In this document: positions 49,390 through 54,059 of the stretch, piece by piece | Layout: each line of letters begins with the position of its first letter | Position numbering within the stretch: the first letter of the stretch is position 1 | Source of the DNA: an uncultured Rhodothermales bacterium | GTDB taxonomy: Bacteria > Bacteroidota > Rhodothermia > Rhodothermales > UBA10348 | Assembly (NCBI GenBank): GCA_964527795.1 | Contig: CAZGOS010000002.1 | Span: 1 to 54,059, forward strand | Reading direction: 5' to 3' | DNA length: 54,059 nt | The notes under the pieces: model-generated | What the model was told of the DNA's origin: nothing | What the model saw: only the letters and a program-made list of their open reading frames with translations | Database searches by the model: none | Position numbers and translations under genes: made by a program

Positions 49390-50742
49390 TCAATTCTTCT
49401 CGCGTATCGTGCCGGATGGCGATTCAGCGAGAGTGGGTTGGAAATCCCGATAGCGTTGTACAATCGGTTCGATATCCTTCTTATGCCTTGGAGCTGTTCG
49501 GAAGCGTAACCGGACAATGGTTCGGGTCTGTGGTTCATCGTCAACATGAGTATGCATGTACTCTTCCGACAGCACCTCCCCAATCTTCCGAATGTGTGCA
49601 ATCGTGCTCTGATCTTCGATCGGAAGGTAGATGATCCGCTCGGAAAAATCGTTTTCAATGACGGAGAGGAGGTTTTTCTTGAGTTCGGAAACACCAATGC
49701 CCCTGATTGCCGAGACAAAAGCTGCTTCAGGGTGGGCTTCTTTAAGAATATGGAGATGCTCCGGGCTTTCCATCGCGTCGATTTTATTGAAGACGAGCAG
49801 AATCGGTTTTCCGTTGGCGTGAATTTCCCTGAGCGTCTCGTCGACGACACGACGATGCTCTTCAAATCGATGGTGAGACGCATCGATAACGTGAAGCAGT
49901 GCATCGCTTTCGCGCACTTCATCGAGCGTACTCTTGAAACTTTCGATCAATCCGTGTGGAAGTTTCCGGATGAATCCAACCGTGTCGGACATCAGCACTC
50001 TTTTTTTGGCATCCAGTCCTACGACACGCGTCGTAGCATCGAGCGTCGCAAATAAACGGTCCTCCGTCAGCACGTTGCTGTCCGCAAGCAGATTCATGAG
50101 GGTCGATTTTCCGGCATTCGTATATCCGACCACTGAAACACGCGTGAACTCCTGTCTTCCTTTACGCTGGGTTGTGCGTTGCTTGTCGATTTTCTCGAGA
50201 AGGGCCTTGAGCGCTGTAATACGGTGTCCGATCAGGCGGCGGTCTGTTTCAATCTGCGTTTCGCCGGGTCCCTTCGTCCCGATCCCGCCTTTCTGACGGC
50301 TCAGGTGCGTCCACTGACGCGTGAGCCGGGTGCGCATGTACTCGAGTTGAGCCAATTCAACCTGGGTTTTGGCAGTAGCGGTTCGTGCATGTTTCGCAAA
50401 AATGTCCAGAATCAGAGCAGACCTGTCCAGAATCTTGCAGTTAAACTCTCGCTCGAGATTTCGAAGCTGTACAGCGGTCAGATCGTCGTCAAAAATGACG
50501 AGGTCGCTTCTTTTGCGGGATACCAACTGGCCGAGCGTCGTGACTTTTCCTTTTCCGATATACCATGCGGCGCTAATTCGCGACACCTGCTGAACAATCC
50601 GGTCAGTGACATCAGCACCGGCCGTATCAGCCAACAGCTCGAGTTCGTCGAGAGAATCCGTTACATCCCACTTCGAATGGCCGGGTCGAATGACCCCGAT
50701 AAGAATTGCCGACTCACGGTCTGGCTGCTGTGTTTCGTACAA
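49390..50742 (-). CDS. hflX: ribosome-associated GTPase HflX
   Basis: HflX N-domain (...LVIFDDDLTAVQLRNLE...), G1 VSVVGYTNAGKSTLMN, G3 DTVGFI and G4 NKID. Confidence 0.9.
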   Translation of the reverse strand: MYETQQPDRESAILIGVIRPGHSKWDVTDSLDELELLADTAGADVTDRIVQQVSRISAAWYIGKGKVTTLGQLVSRKRSDLVIFDDDLTAVQLRNLEREFNCKILDRSALILDIFAKHARTATAKTQVELAQLEYMRTRLTRQWTHLSRQKGGIGTKGPGETQIETDRRLIGHRITALKALLEKIDKQRTTQRKGRQEFTRVSVVGYTNAGKSTLMNLLADSNVLTEDRLFATLDATTRVVGLDAKKRVLMSDTVGFIRKLPHGLIESFKSTLDEVRESDALLHVIDASHHRFEEHRRVVDETLREIHANGKPILLVFNKIDAMESPEHLHILKEAHPEAAFVSAIRGIGVSELKKNLLSVIENDFSERIIYLPIEDQSTIAHIRKIGEVLSEEYMHTHVDDEPQTRTIVRLRFRTAPRHKKDIEPIVQRYRDFQPTLAESPSGTIREKN

Positions 50743-50771
50743 CGGCGTTGGTGTTAGCCTGGAAATGCTGT

Positions 50772-51335
50772 CTAATCACTTTCAAGAGCTTCCGAACCGG
50801 TGATCTGACGAACGGGATCATCGATTCGCATATCCAATTTTGATCGAACGATTCTCAGGAATCGCTCAACTTCAATGGCCGGAACAGCCAGCTCCAAACG
50901 CCGGCGTACTCCAACAAAATCCTGGTAGATGAAAACGAAGTATGTGCGGCGGCCGTCTTCAACTTCAAAGTAGTCCGCGATTTGCCCCCAGGCTACCGCT
51001 TCTCCTGATCGGCCAATTTCGGGGATGATTCCATAGTCCGTGATTACGCTTGTTGAAGACATCATCATGGCGAGAAACCATAGTAAACCACCGACGAGAT
51101 AACCGACGTAAACCGTGATATGAATTGACGGGACAATATTCTGGGCGTAAACCAGAAAAACCGTGACCACTCCGATGAACAGAATGGGCCAGATCGGGAT
51201 CCTGTTGACCCTGCCGGAGCGCCACGTCATGTGCACACGACGAATGCGAATCCTTTGCACTACGGTCAGCGACAGCAGCAAAGCGGTCACTGCGACAAAG
51301 GCGATTACCAGCACCAAGTGAAACGTACCAAGCAC
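50772..51335 (-). CDS. hypothetical membrane protein (3 predicted TM helices plus a small cytoplasmic domain)
   Basis: MLGTFHLVLVIAFVAVTALLLSL..., ...IPIWPILFIGVVTVFLVYA..., ...VGYLVGGLLWFLAMMM... I recognise no family. Confidence 0.5.
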   Translation of the reverse strand: MLGTFHLVLVIAFVAVTALLLSLTVVQRIRIRRVHMTWRSGRVNRIPIWPILFIGVVTVFLVYAQNIVPSIHITVYVGYLVGGLLWFLAMMMSSTSVITDYGIIPEIGRSGEAVAWGQIADYFEVEDGRRTYFVFIYQDFVGVRRRLELAVPAIEVERFLRIVRSKLDMRIDDPVRQITGSEALESD

Positions 51336-51369
51336 GATCTAGCAAATACGGGGTTCGGAGAGAAGACAG

Positions 51370-53490
51370 TCAAACTGCCTCGGGTCGCCACTTTTTCTCT
51401 ACCAGCATTTCAGCCAACAGCGTAAACAACGCAAGCATCATGAAGACGTTCCACAGTTCGACGCCCGAACGAACGGTCGCTAACTGTGCCTTCACTTCCT
51501 GCGCTTCTGTACGCGCAAGGTTCAATTTAGAGACGTTTTGACCGAGCGCAACGGCCAGCAGACGGACAGCCTGCTCTGGAGAAAGTGTTCGAAGATTGGA
51601 CTCTCCCGGGATCGGATGAACGACGAATCTTTTTATTATCTGCTCATCCGCCACGACGTCGTAGATGCCCGTCGTCAGAAACCCGGGGCCAATCAGGGCC
51701 AGACGACTTCCTGGTGCTCGTCTGAATTCGGGCAGATAACTGTCGCCCGTCCCGGAATCTATTGTGACGGTGGCGTCGTCCGCGACACCCGTCAAACGTA
51801 CCTGGGCCGCCTCTCCCGCCGTGAATTCTTCCCCCATGACTGATCCGCCTGCCGAGAGATAGTAGATGGATCGATAGAGCAGTGGGATAAACAAACTACG
51901 AACGGGAAAATCGCTCCAGGACTCATCGGGGGCGACGGCAAAAAGAATGAGGCTGCCAAGTTCATGTCGGATTTCCTGAAGAAAACTGCGATCACCGGAA
52001 AGACCAATGAGTGTCTGTTCCGAACCATCTCCGGGTCGATACATCATCATGCGATAGATGTCGGGCTGCTCGAGACGCGGGGACGATCCGGTTTCGTTGG
52101 ATTCAAACATGCCCTCGAACAAAGCGTGCTCCGAATCAATTCGATCGAAGCCGGCTACGGAACCTCCTGTTTCCAAAGGATCAGTGATGGATTCGACTCG
52201 TCCACCTCCCAGTTCATCGAATAAAGCATTGTAGTCCTCAATCACGAGGCCTTCCCCGGGAAACACAAGCAGGCCGCCGCCCGCTCGGACATATCCTGCG
52301 AGCGACGCCCGCTCTCCAGACGAAAGGTCGGTCACGCCCGTCAGCACGACCGTATCGTATGTACCGAGTGACGCTCGTGCCAGTGCGGTTTCCTGGATAC
52401 TTTCGACGTTAAACCGTACACCTCGTCCGGTAACTTCTTCAGAAAGTGCCAACTCGATATAGGTAGTGGTCGTCCGCCCACCTCCGACGACCAGAATGCT
52501 TCGTTCTTCAGGTATGAAAAGCGTGAACAAGCGCACGTCATCGTGTCTGAAATCAGCGTCCTCGATTTCAACCTGGCCGCCGAGCCAACCGGAAGACCGT
52601 GGGGTAACGGCAATCGGCACGCGAGTCGTTTCTCCGACATCGAGATCTGTTGTCGCTCGCGAGACGCGCTCCCCGTCCAGATAAAGCGACACGACCAGAT
52701 CGTTGACCGGACGATCTCCAAAATTTACGAGCGTTGCTTCCAGACGAACCACCTGCCCAACCGAAAGGATGCGGCTCAATACCTCGACATCCGAAATAGC
52801 GACGTTTTCGTGCGTGCGGTCACCGATCGGTATGAGGTACGTTACCGCACCGCCCGGTAACCGTTGCTGCAACGTATCGGCGAAGGTCGATTCCTGTAAG
52901 TCTGAAAGCACATATACTTCGCGATTCGGATTCGCGCTCTTTTCAAGCAGTTGTCCGGCCAGAGCTACAGACCTGCTCAGCCGCATGCTCCCGTCTCCGG
53001 CTTCGATGGCCATGAGTGCGCGTCTCGCGCTCGCCTGATTCTGAAATGCCGCGACGTCATTCGCCGCCGAGATGGTGGGCAGTAAATAAAGTTCATCACC
53101 GGTCTGCATTTCCTCGATGACTGCACCGGCAATCGTTCTGGCCTGTTCGATATATGACCCTGATCCATCGCGCAGCAACATCGATTGCGAATTGTCCAAT
53201 ACGATGGCGGTCGAGGTCCGGCCGCGGCCGCCCAATGATCCGGCCAGTTCACCCGTGATGGTGGGGCGTGCAAACGAAAGAACCAGCAGCGCAATGGCAA
53301 GTGTTCGAAGCGCCAGCAGTAACCACTGTTTGATTCGAACGCGCTGCATCGTGCTTTTTTGCAGTTCGTGCAGAAATGCGAGCGAACTGAACTCAATGCG
53401 CTTCGGGCGGCGAAAATTGAACAGATGGATAATCAGCGGAATCGCGGCTGCCGCCAGAGCAAAAAGAAAGAGCGGATTCAGAAAGGACAT
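51370..53490 (-). CDS. large membrane protein with a BatA-type N-terminal double-transmembrane anchor and a C-terminal TM anchor
   Basis: MSFLNPLFLFALAAAAIPLIIHLFNFRRPKRIEFSSLAFL...RIKQWLLLALRTLAIALLVL matches the aerotolerance-regulator N-terminal (BatA/two_anch) pattern. The C-terminus is ...LWNVFMMLALFTLLAEMLVEKKW. Confidence 0.7.
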   Translation of the reverse strand: MSFLNPLFLFALAAAAIPLIIHLFNFRRPKRIEFSSLAFLHELQKSTMQRVRIKQWLLLALRTLAIALLVLSFARPTITGELAGSLGGRGRTSTAIVLDNSQSMLLRDGSGSYIEQARTIAGAVIEEMQTGDELYLLPTISAANDVAAFQNQASARRALMAIEAGDGSMRLSRSVALAGQLLEKSANPNREVYVLSDLQESTFADTLQQRLPGGAVTYLIPIGDRTHENVAISDVEVLSRILSVGQVVRLEATLVNFGDRPVNDLVVSLYLDGERVSRATTDLDVGETTRVPIAVTPRSSGWLGGQVEIEDADFRHDDVRLFTLFIPEERSILVVGGGRTTTTYIELALSEEVTGRGVRFNVESIQETALARASLGTYDTVVLTGVTDLSSGERASLAGYVRAGGGLLVFPGEGLVIEDYNALFDELGGGRVESITDPLETGGSVAGFDRIDSEHALFEGMFESNETGSSPRLEQPDIYRMMMYRPGDGSEQTLIGLSGDRSFLQEIRHELGSLILFAVAPDESWSDFPVRSLFIPLLYRSIYYLSAGGSVMGEEFTAGEAAQVRLTGVADDATVTIDSGTGDSYLPEFRRAPGSRLALIGPGFLTTGIYDVVADEQIIKRFVVHPIPGESNLRTLSPEQAVRLLAVALGQNVSKLNLARTEAQEVKAQLATVRSGVELWNVFMMLALFTLLAEMLVEKKWRPEAV

Positions 53491-53936
53491 TCGAAAGTCG
53501 GATTTTCAGGCCGAAATACGAGGCCGGAGTGTACCGGCCTTACGTGAATCCGGTTCCGATATCCGGATCGGGATTGACTGGAGGTTTCTGCGCGCGTAGT
53601 TGGATCATAAAGACGCATCACCCGGACGACTTTCCCCCCGGCCGGGTGTGCAGTCGAGTACCGAAAACGCAAACGGGGCTCTTCGATATGGGACGGTGTG
53701 GATTCCATGGGGCACCTCACGTCATTACGCAGATGTACGATCGAATGGCCGTAAAGTCAATTGCACACCATTCGGTTACAGGTAGAGCCGCGTTACGAAG
53801 CCGAAACGTAGCGTCTCCGGTTCTTCATCTCTGAAATCCTTGCTTAACATATTTTACGCGTCGTGGTCGGCACCAGACGAGCACTGGCGTCGTATAATTG
53901 GATCATATCAATCCGATTCTCCCAGTCCGACGCCCG

Positions 53937-54059
53937 GTGCCGAAAATCTCGACACGTCAGAATGCGGATCCTCCCGCACAAACCGATCGACGCATCGTCA
54001 TCAAGGGGGCTCGGCAGCACAATTTGAAAGGTTTCGACCTCGATCTGCCTCGTGGAAAA
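53937..54059 (+). CDS. uvrA: excinuclease ABC subunit A, 5' end only
   Basis: Not in the track (no stop in the window). The frame with a codon at 54000 reads ...DRRIVIKGARQHNLKGFDLDLPRGK, the canonical UvrA N-terminus. An in-frame stop lies at 53895-53897, so the start is GTG 53937 (preferred) or TTG 53898. Confidence 0.75.
   Translation, partial: MPKISTRQNADPPAQTDRRIVIKGARQHNLKGFDLDLPRGK

Noticed and set aside
53621-53640. The minus strand reads GGGGGGAAAGUCGUCCGGG, reminiscent of the RNase P RNA GGAAAGUCCGGGC box
   Set aside because: The invariant GAAAGUCCGG is interrupted. None of the other universally conserved RNase P segments (for example ACAGAAxxCGGCUUA) is present in the roughly 400-nt spacer.

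Overview
The window is mostly conserved housekeeping genes. The lineage looks Bacteroidota/Rhodothermota-like: a T9SS C-terminal sorting domain, TonB-dependent receptor plus lipoprotein pairs, a BatA-type double-anchor protein and a dcw cluster lacking murF (inference). Shine-Dalgarno-like GGAGG is visible before ftsZ. The centre (25.0-40.4 kb, minus strand) is a complete division/cell-wall cluster: mraZ-rsmH-ftsL-ftsI-murE-mraY-murD-ftsW-murG-murC-ftsQ-ftsA-ftsZ. To its right lie a divergent LexA-like gene, pyrG, a methyltransferase-GT4-GT2 trio, gyrB, a CBS protein, hflX, two membrane proteins and the 5' end of uvrA. To its left lie a Rieske/GltS-like fusion (partial), a sugar isomerase, a Gfo/Idh/MocA oxidoreductase, an OmpR-type two-component pair, ilvE, a GT2, two TonB-receptor loci, an M1 peptidase, an amidohydrolase, a sulfatase, TolC-like and MlaC-like genes, and two envelope-related hypotheticals. 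One TonB-receptor locus sits behind a cobalamin riboswitch that I could read directly. I see no CRISPR array, tRNA/rRNA, transposase, integrase or recognisable defence genes, so I cannot point to a clear novel multi-gene system. The most unusual items are: (1) a LexA-like repressor whose Ser/Lys catalytic dyad and Ala-Gly site appear substituted, sharing a repeat-rich spacer with mraZ; (2) a small membrane protein carrying a streptococcal-type histidine-triad motif next to a TonB receptor; (3) an FtsL with a long polybasic tail and an FtsI with PASTA repeats; (4) five unrelated 12- or 15-bp tandem arrays sitting at gene boundaries; (5) a ~400-nt non-coding spacer before uvrA. Long antisense or off-frame ORFs in the track are treated as shadow ORFs.
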